Shown here one piece after another: positions 55,079 through 63,984 of a DNA stretch of 64,000 nucleotides. The notes under the pieces are model-generated. The model saw only the letters and a program-made list of their open reading frames with translations, did no database searches and was not told where the DNA came from. The translations under genes were made by a program, and so were the position numbers. The DNA is taken from IMG/VR virus record IMGVR_UViG_3300010429_002210, positions 2,308 to 66,307 of that record; one strand, given 5' to 3'. Origin of the DNA: a virus (Duplodnaviria > Caudoviricetes). Numbering within the stretch: the stretch's first letter is position 1; each line of letters starts with the position of its first letter.

Positions 55079-55707
55079 AGATTGATCCCAAAATCTACGA
55101 TGCCGACTATTTCGAACGGGGGATTGAAAGTGGAAAGAGTTGCTATCAAAATTACCGCTGGATTCCTGAACTCACAATCCCGATGGCAATGACTGTATTG
55201 GAATTTCTAAAACTCTCGCGCGATGAGAAAGTTCTCGACTTCGGATGCGCCAAAGGTTTCTTGGTGAAGGCTCTGCGCCTCCTGCATCGTCAAGTTTGGG
55301 GAATCGACGTGAGCGAATACGCCATCTCACAAGTTCCGCAAGAAACCAAAGATTTCTGCCGTCTTCCATGGGACGAACGCCCGGGCTTCCCCCACATGTT
55401 CGACACTTGTATAGCAAAGGACGTCTTCGAGCATATCCACGAAGGTGAGATCGACATGGTTCTCAAAACCATTCCTGCTCAGGCGCTCTTTGCAGTCATA
55501 CCGTTGGGAGACGACGGCGTTTTTCGTGCGAAAGCAAATAACTACGATGTGACCCACGTACTCTGCAAAAGTGAGAAATGGTGGCTGGACACCTTCAACA
55601 AGAACGGATGGCATGAGTATTGGTGGGGATTCCGTATCGATGGAATAAAAGATAGTTATTATCGAAGTAACCCCCATGGTCACGGGTTTTTCTTACTTGC
55701 ACGATAA
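55075..55707 (+). CDS. class I SAM methyltransferase
   Basis: YDADYF, VLDFGCAKG, GIDVSEYA, DVFEH. Confidence 0.88.
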   Translation: MKIDPKIYDADYFERGIESGKSCYQNYRWIPELTIPMAMTVLEFLKLSRDEKVLDFGCAKGFLVKALRLLHRQVWGIDVSEYAISQVPQETKDFCRLPWDERPGFPHMFDTCIAKDVFEHIHEGEIDMVLKTIPAQALFAVIPLGDDGVFRAKANNYDVTHVLCKSEKWWLDTFNKNGWHEYWWGFRIDGIKDSYYRSNPHGHGFFLLAR

Positions 55708-56262
55708 TTGATAAAAGGAGGTTCCAATGATGGAATGGGTTCGTCAGGTGTTCTGTCTCTTCGGCTTCCACGCGTACTATGTCGTCGCGGCGGATGAAAA
55801 TTCTTGCACTTTCACCTGCCCCCACTGTGGTGATACTGTTGAACTGATCGAACAACAAGGTGAATAGGGGGTTTCATGTCACCCTTTGGTTGGGGAGTTC
55901 TCCTTGGTGGATTGGGCGCGGCGTTTGTCCTGGCACTCGCCCACGTTGGAAGGGGATGGGCAGCTGTGCTGGCAGCTGTTGCGTGGGCCGTCGTGCTAAC
56001 CATCATCCCCAACCATTGGGTTGGCATGGGAAGGAAAAGATCATGACCGAAATGAATGATCCCGCGGAAAAACAAGTGGAGCAAAACCTGCTGTGGTGCC
56101 CCTGTGAGGGGTGGGCGAAGAGTATGCCGTCGCTCACATCTGCACAGATGATCGCGTTTTTACACAAGAATCCCTATACAGGGGAACCGTTTTCGTATTG
56201 TCCTTGGTGTGGCGCCCGACTCGGTGCAAATTTTGTTGGGGAATTTTAGACAAAAAATCAGG

Positions 56263-56287
56263 AAAAATTCCCAAAGTTTATTATAAT
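56263..56287 (+). promoter_or_regulatory. conserved phage promoter motif
   Basis: AAAAATTCCCAAAGTTTATTATAAT. Confidence 0.75.
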
Positions 56288-56339
56288 GTGGATGAAAGGA
56301 AGAAAACGACCTTAAACATCCAACAGAAAGGGGGACATT

Positions 56340-56750
56340 ATGAAAGGAACACAGACAGTCGTTGTCGATGCTGGTAAAAATATCACGGAGATGCTGGAGA
56401 AAATTGCTGCGGCGATGGGCACCACCGTCGAACAATTATATCCTTTCTACTGTCAAGCAATCTCGCAGGAAGCACTCATGCGCAGCATAGGTTGTGCCAT
56501 GGCATTCGTTGTGTGCCTCCTGCTTTCCCTGGTCTTTTTCTGGGCCATCTACAAGATCAAACTGGAAGATGCATCGAAACAAGGGACGGCAGTTATCATT
56601 TTGATCTGTGCTGCGCTGTTTTTTTCCGCTCTCTCGATACTATCGTTCACAATCTTTGCGGTTAACTTCCCTACGTGGTACGCACAAATGATGTCTCCCG
56701 AGGCGTTTGTTCTTCACCGCATAGCGGCAGATGTCGGTTTGGTGAGATGA
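56340..56750 (+). CDS. membrane protein
   Basis: two hydrophobic helices. Confidence 0.7.
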   Translation: MKGTQTVVVDAGKNITEMLEKIAAAMGTTVEQLYPFYCQAISQEALMRSIGCAMAFVVCLLLSLVFFWAIYKIKLEDASKQGTAVIILICAALFFSALSILSFTIFAVNFPTWYAQMMSPEAFVLHRIAADVGLVR

Positions 56751-56939
56751 TTGGCGCCTTAGTACATACACGCTAACGGGAGGTTGCACATGAGAAGCCC
56801 ATGGAACAGGAAAGCGAAAAATTGCACGCTTATCCGCTGGGCGTTGTTTCTTCTCCTTTTCATCGCAGGTACAACCGGTTTAACTATCTTGGTGTCAACC
56901 TGGATAGCCTTGTGTAGAACCGATTGGAATTGGTGACGT

Positions 56940-57329
56940 ATGATTCCTAAATCCCCTGGTGAAATAGTTGACACTTGGTCAATTCTCCGGATGAAAGCCG
57001 TACTAATCCCTGATCTTTTCTGTGAGGTACTGCAATACCAAGGTGTTGTATCAGGAATGTTCTATGAAAAACCGGAGATCTTCGCTCCTGTAGCATGTAT
57101 CATCGAAATGAACGCGAGGATCTGGATGTTGGAAGCAAGTATTCGTTCAGGTGAAATTACTGATTCTGAACTCGTTGAGATCGGTAAACGGGCAATAAAA
57201 ATTCGTGATTACAATGCACGACGTGTTGAAGCAAAGGTGGCGATAGATAAGATTTTCGGGCATAAGGGCATCGATGCCAAAGTCGAACATAGATCAGTTG
57301 TGAAGGAGGGGAAAGATGGAACTTCGTGA
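56940..57329 (+). CDS. conserved phage protein (DUF6165-like)
   Basis: GEIVD..SIL..K...N..IW.LE..IR...N..R...K..ID pattern; family call recalled, not searched. Confidence 0.5.
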   Translation: MIPKSPGEIVDTWSILRMKAVLIPDLFCEVLQYQGVVSGMFYEKPEIFAPVACIIEMNARIWMLEASIRSGEITDSELVEIGKRAIKIRDYNARRVEAKVAIDKIFGHKGIDAKVEHRSVVKEGKDGTS

Positions 57330-57516
57330 TGCAACCAAGAAAATGATCGAACGAAAACAGCAGATGGAGGGGGCCATTCTCGATGCGGTGCGCGCGTTTG
57401 AGAGTGGCACCGGAGCTCGTGTGACGAGCGTCTACATCCGAAGGAGCTGTTGCGTCAACACGTACAACGAGCCGCAGGAGATCGCTACAGAGGTTTCCAT
57501 CGGCAACGGGGGCTAA
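57316..57516 (+). CDS. hypothetical protein
   Basis: AAGGAGGGG SD. Confidence 0.55.
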   Translation: MELRDATKKMIERKQQMEGAILDAVRAFESGTGARVTSVYIRRSCCVNTYNEPQEIATEVSIGNGG

Positions 57517-57517
57517 A

Positions 57518-58108
57518 ATGAGAATAAGCGACGATCGCGTACAGCACTGGCGGCGTGACCATACCGAGGTCGCGCAAGGTGATTCTCCCCCGATCCCGTT
57601 TGATGGAGAAGTGTACAACGAATTTCGTATGTGGCACGTTCTCGAACTCGGGCCGGGGGAGGGACGCCAATTCAGGAAAGTTGCCCCCATCTGTGCCTCC
57701 TATTCCATTGCTGACATCGTTCCCGAGGTGCTCCAACTTCCTATTTACGACAATGTGGCCGGGAAGTTTCTAATCACAGATTACACCTCCGACAACTTCG
57801 GGAAAATGTTCGACGTCATTCACTTCTGGTACGTTCTTCATCATGTATTGGAATGGGAACTACGCGATTTCTTCCTCTTCTGTTTCCGACACCTGTGCAA
57901 ATACGGAACGTTGGTTTTCAACACACCGTCACTCATGTGTCCGCCGGAAGTGTATTTGGGAGATGGAAAGCAAACAACGAAGCACACCCCCGAAAAAATT
58001 GTCGAAGTGTTGCACTCTATCTGTCCCACACTTCGTATTACCATTAGCGGGGTGAGCTGCAACAAGTCATGGAGTCATGGTTACACTTTCATCGTAAAAT
58101 GGGAATAG
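57518..58108 (+). CDS. class I SAM methyltransferase
   Basis: VLELGPGEG, ADI, FDVI...VLHH. Confidence 0.8.
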   Translation: MRISDDRVQHWRRDHTEVAQGDSPPIPFDGEVYNEFRMWHVLELGPGEGRQFRKVAPICASYSIADIVPEVLQLPIYDNVAGKFLITDYTSDNFGKMFDVIHFWYVLHHVLEWELRDFFLFCFRHLCKYGTLVFNTPSLMCPPEVYLGDGKQTTKHTPEKIVEVLHSICPTLRITISGVSCNKSWSHGYTFIVKWE

Positions 58109-58113
58109 AAATC

Positions 58114-58347
58114 ATGAGTATAGAAACACTTCGTTGCCCAACTTGCGGTCGCAACAGTGTTGAGTACAATCCGTACCGCAAACAGTACCAGTGCACAATG
58201 CACGGCTGCAAGTTCTGTGCACCATTGGAGGATCCCAATGTTACACCGTTTGAGGATTTACGCGCGAGACTCTTTCTGCAGGGGCTACGGGGAAATCGAC
58301 TTGTCGATGATGATAAAGAATCCAACCACGGCCCAGAACAGGTATAG
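58114..58347 (+). CDS. zinc-ribbon protein
   Basis: CPTC..C...C. Confidence 0.55.
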   Translation: MSIETLRCPTCGRNSVEYNPYRKQYQCTMHGCKFCAPLEDPNVTPFEDLRARLFLQGLRGNRLVDDDKESNHGPEQV

Positions 58348-58687
58348 TATCATTCAGGATCTAACTGTGACCGAGCTGCCAGATCACACAATGCTGCGAC
58401 CAGACGATTACCCACAGTTCGCCATGGAGGCTGCAGATGCGAAAGAACTAATGCAGCAAATGTGGTATGCAGGTGTTCGTCCCGAGCACATGCAGGAAAC
58501 GCAAACCGTAGTTGATGCTGTCAAATCGGAAAACAAATATCTAAAGGAGGTGAACACAGAGCTTTTGAAATTGGTAAACCAGTTGATTCAACAGTCGGCT
58601 GGTGCGGAGGCGACGAGGGCTAGGCATCTCGCCTACACAACCCTCGCTCGGGCAGAAGAACTTGCTCAAACTATCAACAGGAGGTAG
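58307..58687 (+). CDS. hypothetical protein
   Basis: ORF; start uncertain. Confidence 0.55.
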   Translation: MMIKNPTTAQNRYSIIQDLTVTELPDHTMLRPDDYPQFAMEAADAKELMQQMWYAGVRPEHMQETQTVVDAVKSENKYLKEVNTELLKLVNQLIQQSAGAEATRARHLAYTTLARAEELAQTINRR

Positions 58688-58689
58688 TT

Positions 58690-58893
58690 ATGGCTCTGGT
58701 TGAGAAAATCAAGGAACTGTACAGCGTCCTCGACACCTGCGTCGCCGAGGCCGAGAAGCTGGAAAACAAGGGGAACAGGACTGCCGGCACGCGACTGCGG
58801 CTGGGTCTGCAGGATCTCAAGGCGAAAGCACACGAGCTCCGGAAGGAAACCCTGGTCATCAGGGACAAAAAGCCGCCGGAGGCTCAGGCGTAG
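58690..58893 (+). CDS. histone H1-like (Hc1-family) nucleoid protein
   Basis: EAEKLENKGNRTAGTRLR..LQDLK....ELRK matches the Hc1 GNKAAG.RAR pattern. Confidence 0.75.
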   Translation: MALVEKIKELYSVLDTCVAEAEKLENKGNRTAGTRLRLGLQDLKAKAHELRKETLVIRDKKPPEAQA

Positions 58894-58926
58894 ATCTCTC
58901 TTAATGTGAGTTTTAGGGATTCTGAG

Positions 58927-58972
58927 AAAAAGAGCGACGGTCCCCTCAAAAAATTCCGTCGCTCTTTTTTTG
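58927..58972. terminator. intrinsic (bidirectional) terminator
   Basis: AAAAAGAGCGACGG / CCGTCGCTCTTTTT 14-bp stem flanked by A and T tracts. Confidence 0.75.
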
Positions 58973-58974
58973 AG

Positions 58975-58998
58975 AAAATTCCCAAAGTTCATTATAAT
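58975..58998 (+). promoter_or_regulatory. conserved phage promoter motif
   Basis: AAAATTCCCAAAGTTCATTATAAT directly after the terminator. Confidence 0.75.
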
Positions 58999-59026
58999 AA
59001 AGTAAGAACATAAAAAGGGACGCAAA

Positions 59027-59656
59027 ATGGACTTGTACGAAACATTGGGAGTTAAGAAAAACGCTTCTCGTGACACCATTCAGAAAGCCTTTCGTAAAAA
59101 GGCTAAGAAAACTCACCCTGACCGTGGTGGGACGTCCCAAGAATTCATGGCTGTGGCGCTTGCGTACAGAATTCTTTCTGATGATGGGGCACGAGAACGC
59201 TACGATCGTACAGGTAGTACAGACACAACGCCACGTGAGCAGGCTATAAACACGGCAGCGGTGGAGCGCTTCTGTCAACTTTTTGTTCGTTGCATTGAAC
59301 AAAGTGGGGGTCGAGAAGACATTGATTTCCTGAAAGAAATACGAAATGCAGGAAATACGTCTAAAGACTCGATTAAACAAGAGCAACGAAATCTAAACAA
59401 AAAGTTGAAGGAGTTGAAATCCATCCGCGATCGTTTGACATATAAGGGGAAAAAACAGGACGTGCTGTCCAACGTCCTCGCGGACCGAGAACGACAGCTC
59501 CGAGGGGCCATCGAGCGCCTCAAGGAAGAAATGGAAATCACCAACAGGATGATGTCCGTGGCAGATGAGTATGAGTTTAGAATAATGGAATCACCCAAAG
59601 AGTATGAATTTATGCAGTCAGGCGGACCGATGTTTATCCGATTCACAACGCGGTAG
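59027..59656 (+). CDS. DnaJ (J-domain) protein
   Basis: DLYETLGV....I.KAFRKKAKKTHPDRGG...F.....AY.ILSD. Confidence 0.9.
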   Translation: MDLYETLGVKKNASRDTIQKAFRKKAKKTHPDRGGTSQEFMAVALAYRILSDDGARERYDRTGSTDTTPREQAINTAAVERFCQLFVRCIEQSGGREDIDFLKEIRNAGNTSKDSIKQEQRNLNKKLKELKSIRDRLTYKGKKQDVLSNVLADRERQLRGAIERLKEEMEITNRMMSVADEYEFRIMESPKEYEFMQSGGPMFIRFTTR

Positions 59657-59691
59657 CTCGCCACGGGCGTCCTCCACATAAGGAGGTAGCC

Positions 59692-60213
59692 ATGAAAAAG
59701 TTAACACTAACCGCGATAGTTTTTCTGTTCTTTGCAATGTTGGTTCCGTATGAAGAGGCTTTCCCCACTCCCACGACGGAACAAAGGATCATCAAATCGA
59801 AGATCATTGAGCTCGGCGCCCCCACAGATCGAGCACATGTTATAGCTTCCGCGATCTTTCATTCGGCAAACATTTCGGGACTGCACCCGATGTTGATTGT
59901 GTCCCTGATGAAATCGGAGTCGGACTTCAAGGAGAAAATCGTCTCAAGTAAAAATTATCATGGTCTAATGCAAGTTCCCTATCCCATATACGACCCCCAT
60001 GTAAACACCCTGCTGGGGGTGAGGATCTTGCAAGAAAAACTTCGTATGACCGACGGAAATCTGACCAAGGCCATTTGCAACTATAAGGGTTGGAAGTGGA
60101 AAGAAAAGAAGGGTCGTATGGTTGCTAAACGTGTGGTGAACATGTACCTTGATCTCAAGGACGCCTCACTATGGGAAACGAGTTCTCTTGCCATCGAATC
60201 TATAAATGGGTAA
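59692..60213 (+). CDS. lytic transglycosylase (SLT domain), signal-anchored
   Basis: LMKSESDF (catalytic Glu), GLMQV, N...GV.IL, A...Y.G. Confidence 0.85.
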   Translation: MKKLTLTAIVFLFFAMLVPYEEAFPTPTTEQRIIKSKIIELGAPTDRAHVIASAIFHSANISGLHPMLIVSLMKSESDFKEKIVSSKNYHGLMQVPYPIYDPHVNTLLGVRILQEKLRMTDGNLTKAICNYKGWKWKEKKGRMVAKRVVNMYLDLKDASLWETSSLAIESING

Positions 60214-60225
60214 AGGAGGAGAGAA

Positions 60226-60528
60226 ATGAAAGCTACTACGATCAGCAGGCTGTTGGTTGTTTTCGTTGCATGGCTTATTGTGACAGTTTTGACTGTCGGT
60301 TCGTTTTACATGGGTCGGAAGTATGAACAGTCGTTCCGCCCATCGGCACCAACCAACCTCACCGTAACTGAAACCAAACCATGCCCAACGTGTCCGGAAG
60401 AATGTGTGTACAACGATCGTCATGCCTACAAGCTGATCCGATTCGTGCATAGTAAAGATGGAAAGGTGTGCTACGGATTGCGTTCGTATGAAGGGGGACG
60501 ATTCGAAGCTATGTGGTGCGGGAAATGA
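60226..60528 (+). CDS. membrane-anchored hypothetical protein
   Basis: N-terminal TM helix; Cys residues. Confidence 0.6.
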   Translation: MKATTISRLLVVFVAWLIVTVLTVGSFYMGRKYEQSFRPSAPTNLTVTETKPCPTCPEECVYNDRHAYKLIRFVHSKDGKVCYGLRSYEGGRFEAMWCGK

Positions 60529-60830
60529 AGAACCCCATTTTGTTTACTGACATGGCGCGGGCAGTGGAAAAACTGCCCAAGGGCTACATCCCCGCCGAAG
60601 AGGCAATCGTCGATGTTCACGACACACTACTAGGTGTAAAACGGAAGGTCACCTTTCGAAGACGGACGCTTGTCAAAAACGGAAAGAAAATCTACTACTG
60701 GGTAACGTTCGGGATCCTTGCAGTGGAGCAGGCAGAGGCTCCCCCGATAGTTGAGGAAGCCGCCGTTGTGGAAGAGACGGAGCCGAGTGGGGAAGGAGGC
60801 GGATCGTCACCGGGCAATGACGACTGGTAA
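60525..60830 (+). CDS. hypothetical protein
   Basis: last plus-strand ORF; acidic tail. Confidence 0.6.
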   Translation: MKNPILFTDMARAVEKLPKGYIPAEEAIVDVHDTLLGVKRKVTFRRRTLVKNGKKIYYWVTFGILAVEQAEAPPIVEEAAVVEETEPSGEGGGSSPGNDDW

Positions 60831-60853
60831 CCACTCGGCTCCGTTAGTTCAAA

Positions 60854-60914
60854 CTAGAGGGGTGCGCTTGTTAGGGGGAAAAGGAGGGTTGAAAGACCCC
60901 ACGCACCCCTCTAG
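60854..60914. terminator. 13-bp inverted repeat at the junction of convergent gene blocks
   Basis: CTAGAGGGGTGCG / CGCACCCCTCTAG; large loop and no T tract. Confidence 0.4.
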
Positions 60915-60915
60915 A

Positions 60916-61482
60916 TCAATCCTTTTGAATAGGTGCAACCTTCACAGGGACACTGCCCGGGGAGGGTTCATTGGTGACCACCGGGGGCTGTCCCTCTTTC
61001 ATTTGCAAATACAGATACTGCTGTTGTCGTGGCTCCTCTTTGAAGATATAGTTTTTTGCTAATCCCCACCATGCGGTGTTGATTAGTCCTAGAAACATAG
61101 CCCCAACGAGTGCTGCCAGGACAATCTTTCGTATCCCCAAACCGAGAATATCTGTGACCCAAGAGGAACGTTCTAGTTTATCCAAACGATCCTCAAAACC
61201 CGAGTGTTTTGAGTCATACGTATTTTTAGACGATCTTACTTCCCGACAAAGATCGTCTATTTTTCTTTCCAATGGCTTGGTGACCTCACCACTCTCAAGT
61301 TTATTCTTGATATAGTGCAAGTTAAACTTGTTCTCGGTGGCGTTATCACCTATATCTTTCGTTTGGCGGAAAAGCTCCACCTTTACACGCTCAAGATCAT
61401 TCACTTTTGATTCCAACACGGCCAATCCCTCCCCGTGCTTTCTCAACACCTGACCTTGTTCGCAAAATGTATGATCGTTCAC
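60916..61482 (-). CDS. coiled-coil + TM protein (XhlA/holin-like, putative)
   Basis: N-terminal coiled coil then a hydrophobic helix; lies in the lysis block. Confidence 0.55.
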   Translation of the reverse strand: MNDHTFCEQGQVLRKHGEGLAVLESKVNDLERVKVELFRQTKDIGDNATENKFNLHYIKNKLESGEVTKPLERKIDDLCREVRSSKNTYDSKHSGFEDRLDKLERSSWVTDILGLGIRKIVLAALVGAMFLGLINTAWWGLAKNYIFKEEPRQQQYLYLQMKEGQPPVVTNEPSPGSVPVKVAPIQKD

Positions 61483-61582
61483 TTCGCCACCCTCCCCCAT
61501 CAGGTTTCTAGCGGGCGGGGGGCGGGGGAGCCCCGCCCCCACTCAGAAAATTATTTACTACGCTTCAAACGATACGTGCAAA

Positions 61583-61936
61583 CTACTTCACCAATGTAAC
61601 CCCAGCGGGGATACCTGGCGACGCAGGACGAGTAAACGTAAAATTTGCAGGGGCACTTTCCAGCCTCCCCCACACGGCGTCGACTTTGTAAGCCTTGATA
61701 GTCATAGTATGTGTTCCTGCCGTCACGGACCCGACGTCAAAGTACAATCGTACACCGCCAGTAATGGCCTGCGCTGTACTGTCTACAGCGGCACCACTAT
61801 CAACAGTTACGACGAAACCGTCCGGTTGTGTGACAGTGGTTGGATAGGGGTCCGACACCACGAAGGGTGATGCAGAACAAATAGATACGACACCGAAAAC
61901 CAACGCTACGATCAATGCTCCAATCCATCGTTTCAT
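61583..61936 (-). CDS. secreted beta-rich (Ig/FN3-like) protein
   Basis: signal peptide (..SICSA); C-terminal GRLES.P..F pattern. Confidence 0.6.
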   Translation of the reverse strand: MKRWIGALIVALVFGVVSICSASPFVVSDPYPTTVTQPDGFVVTVDSGAAVDSTAQAITGGVRLYFDVGSVTAGTHTMTIKAYKVDAVWGRLESAPANFTFTRPASPGIPAGVTLVK

Positions 61937-62265
61937 TTCTTCTCCTCCTCCACGACGTCCGTTAGTTCGATCACTTCTTTCTTTAACCGATCCGCGACTA
62001 CTACTTTCTCGGAAGGTCGTTTCAACACCTTCACCTTGAACCATTCCAGAAGCCAGTTGTCCCAACGCCACGGGGTTTTCATCACGACCCAGGTCAGCCA
62101 GGAAAGACCTGTTCCCGTAAGAAACCCGAAAAACCAGGGATTTGTTTGCACGAACATGTCCAGCCAATTACCCCACTCTCGAATCCACGCATCCACCAAT
62201 GGAACTCCGTACCTTCCAGGATGAATAATGAACTCCCATAGATCGAACTTACTCCACCAGTCCAT
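61933..62265 (-). CDS. Trp-rich membrane protein (holin candidate)
   Basis: hydrophobic segments and a charged C-terminal tail. Confidence 0.55.
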   Translation of the reverse strand: MDWWSKFDLWEFIIHPGRYGVPLVDAWIREWGNWLDMFVQTNPWFFGFLTGTGLSWLTWVVMKTPWRWDNWLLEWFKVKVLKRPSEKVVVADRLKKEVIELTDVVEEEKK

Positions 62266-62283
62266 TGTTTCAACCCTCCTTAA

Positions 62284-62799
62284 TTAAAACACACGATCCT
62301 CCCAACGGTCATCATACACATCGGGCGCTTCGGGCCGCAGTGGCAAGCCTTTGCGTCTGCGGTATTTGTATTTCAGCCACGTGGGCCACCCGAAGAAGAC
62401 CACCCCCGGGAAGTACATCAGGAAGGACAGGAAGAATCTCCAAACGACCACCCCGAACCAGCGCCACTCCTTCCACCAAACCTCCTCCTTGACGAAGCAT
62501 TTCCACGCATCCAAAACGTAGGTATCAAGAAGGCCCTCGAAAAACACGAGGTCGCATTGGCGCTTCGGGATTTCCTGCTTCGCATAATTGTCATCGTGGG
62601 TCGCCGCTGGCCGTTTACCCCTTCCCCCCAGGAGCATGTAGATGATGGGAAGTCGTGGAACGCTGGCAAAGTCTGTCACAAACCCCGCCTTCGTTTTGAA
62701 CTCTTTGGAAAACCACCGGCTGATAAAGACAAGGTCTTCCTTCAGCATGGCCCAAGTATCGTTGATGTTCTTCGTTATAAACTCACCTTCGTATGGCAT
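62284..62799 (-). CDS. DUF1353 family protein
   Basis: GFVTDFASVPR, AATHDDNY, CDLVF. Confidence 0.8.
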   Translation of the reverse strand: MPYEGEFITKNINDTWAMLKEDLVFISRWFSKEFKTKAGFVTDFASVPRLPIIYMLLGGRGKRPAATHDDNYAKQEIPKRQCDLVFFEGLLDTYVLDAWKCFVKEEVWWKEWRWFGVVVWRFFLSFLMYFPGVVFFGWPTWLKYKYRRRKGLPLRPEAPDVYDDRWEDRVF

Positions 62800-62858
62800 T
62801 GTCGCTTCCCCTCATTCGGGTGTGGATGGAGCGGCAACGCGCCCCACCCACACATGCT

Positions 62859-63041
62859 TCAATTTTTCCCCATGGCCGCGTCGGCTTCGTCTATGATCTC
62901 CTGTGAGGTTTTCAACCGAGCTGCGTTGAGGCGATTGATTTCATCAGTTAGGTCAACGGGTTTCCCCTTCTGCATCGCGTCGTAAATCTTCAACCCCATC
63001 GACATGACGATAGATAGTGCGGTCAATGCTTCTACCACCAT
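62859..63041 (-). CDS. small hypothetical protein
   Basis: AAGGAGGA SD. Confidence 0.6.
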   Translation of the reverse strand: MVVEALTALSIVMSMGLKIYDAMQKGKPVDLTDEINRLNAARLKTSQEIIDEADAAMGKN

Positions 63042-63061
63042 AACTGTGTTCCTCCTTTCTA

Positions 63062-63487
63062 TTACTTACGAATCGGGATATCTGGAATAATCGGCACCTC
63101 CCCTTTGAAAATGCCAAGTTGCTGCGCGAGTTGGAGAAGACGCAACTGCGCCACGGCCATCTGGGCCATCGCCATACGATACTTCTCTTCCGTGGTAGCG
63201 TCAGTTGGAAGTTTTAAGTAAGCGATACGGGCATCAATCATCTGATTTTGAACGACGTACAATACGTCGTACGCATCACGAACTGACTTGAATTGTGCCT
63301 CATTGATCTTTCCGAGATTGTAATAAACACGAGAATAGAAAAGGATGTCTTCAGCAAGTGTCTTCGTTGTCTCGGCAGTTGTCACAACCGATGGCCCCGC
63401 ACCCGTATTATCACGAGTGAAAGGACATCCGACAAGAACGAAAAACAGGGACAGCAAAACGATTGCGATAAAAACTTTCTTGAACAT
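63062..63487 (-). CDS. lipoprotein
   Basis: MFKK + hydrophobic core + LVGC lipobox. Confidence 0.7.
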   Translation of the reverse strand: MFKKVFIAIVLLSLFFVLVGCPFTRDNTGAGPSVVTTAETTKTLAEDILFYSRVYYNLGKINEAQFKSVRDAYDVLYVVQNQMIDARIAYLKLPTDATTEEKYRMAMAQMAVAQLRLLQLAQQLGIFKGEVPIIPDIPIRK

Positions 63488-63501
63488 AACTACCTCCTTT
63501 T

Positions 63502-63984
63502 CTACCTCGGTTGTTCGAAATGACACATGTCTTTTTTGCGGAAACGACCTCCCCAGACAAGACCTACCGACTCTCCTATCAAACCCGCCTCTTGATAGTC
63601 AGATACCTCATTTTTATTGACGTTTGCCTTCAAATCCCAATGTGCTTTTCCACCAGGTGTCAAAAGCGCAAAGTCAAATGCCATAGCCTTATCGTTTTCA
63701 GGATTGTCATCTTCCCAATTAACGATATGCTTTGACGAAAGTGTCCAAGTTACTTGCCGTTGATTTTCCTTCTCTGTTATGGGAGAAAGACCAGCTTTCT
63801 TCCTTAAAAAGTTCGTTTCATCTAATGCCTGCCTTCCTTGAGCATACAAAGCCACTTGCTCTTGAAACGTCCTTGCCGTGCACGTTACAATAAATGGAAT
63901 TCCAGCAGATTTCATTGCATTTTCAAATTTGTAGTACAGATCGATCATCCGCTGGGTCATGTCTTCAATTTTACGACTCGCCAT
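63502..63984 (-). CDS. endolysin, M15 family peptidase (L-Ala-D-Glu type)
   Basis: RTFQEQVALYAQGR, SKH, AFDF, GLVWGG.F..DMCHFE. Confidence 0.88.
   Translation of the reverse strand: MASRKIEDMTQRMIDLYYKFENAMKSAGIPFIVTCTARTFQEQVALYAQGRQALDETNFLRKKAGLSPITEKENQRQVTWTLSSKHIVNWEDDNPENDKAMAFDFALLTPGGKAHWDLKANVNKNEVSDYQEAGLIGESVGLVWGGRFRKKDMCHFEQPR

Noticed and set aside
60836-60915. tRNA-like start GGCTCCGTTAGTTCAA
   Set aside because: No cloverleaf can be completed; the region is better explained by the 13-bp inverted repeat.
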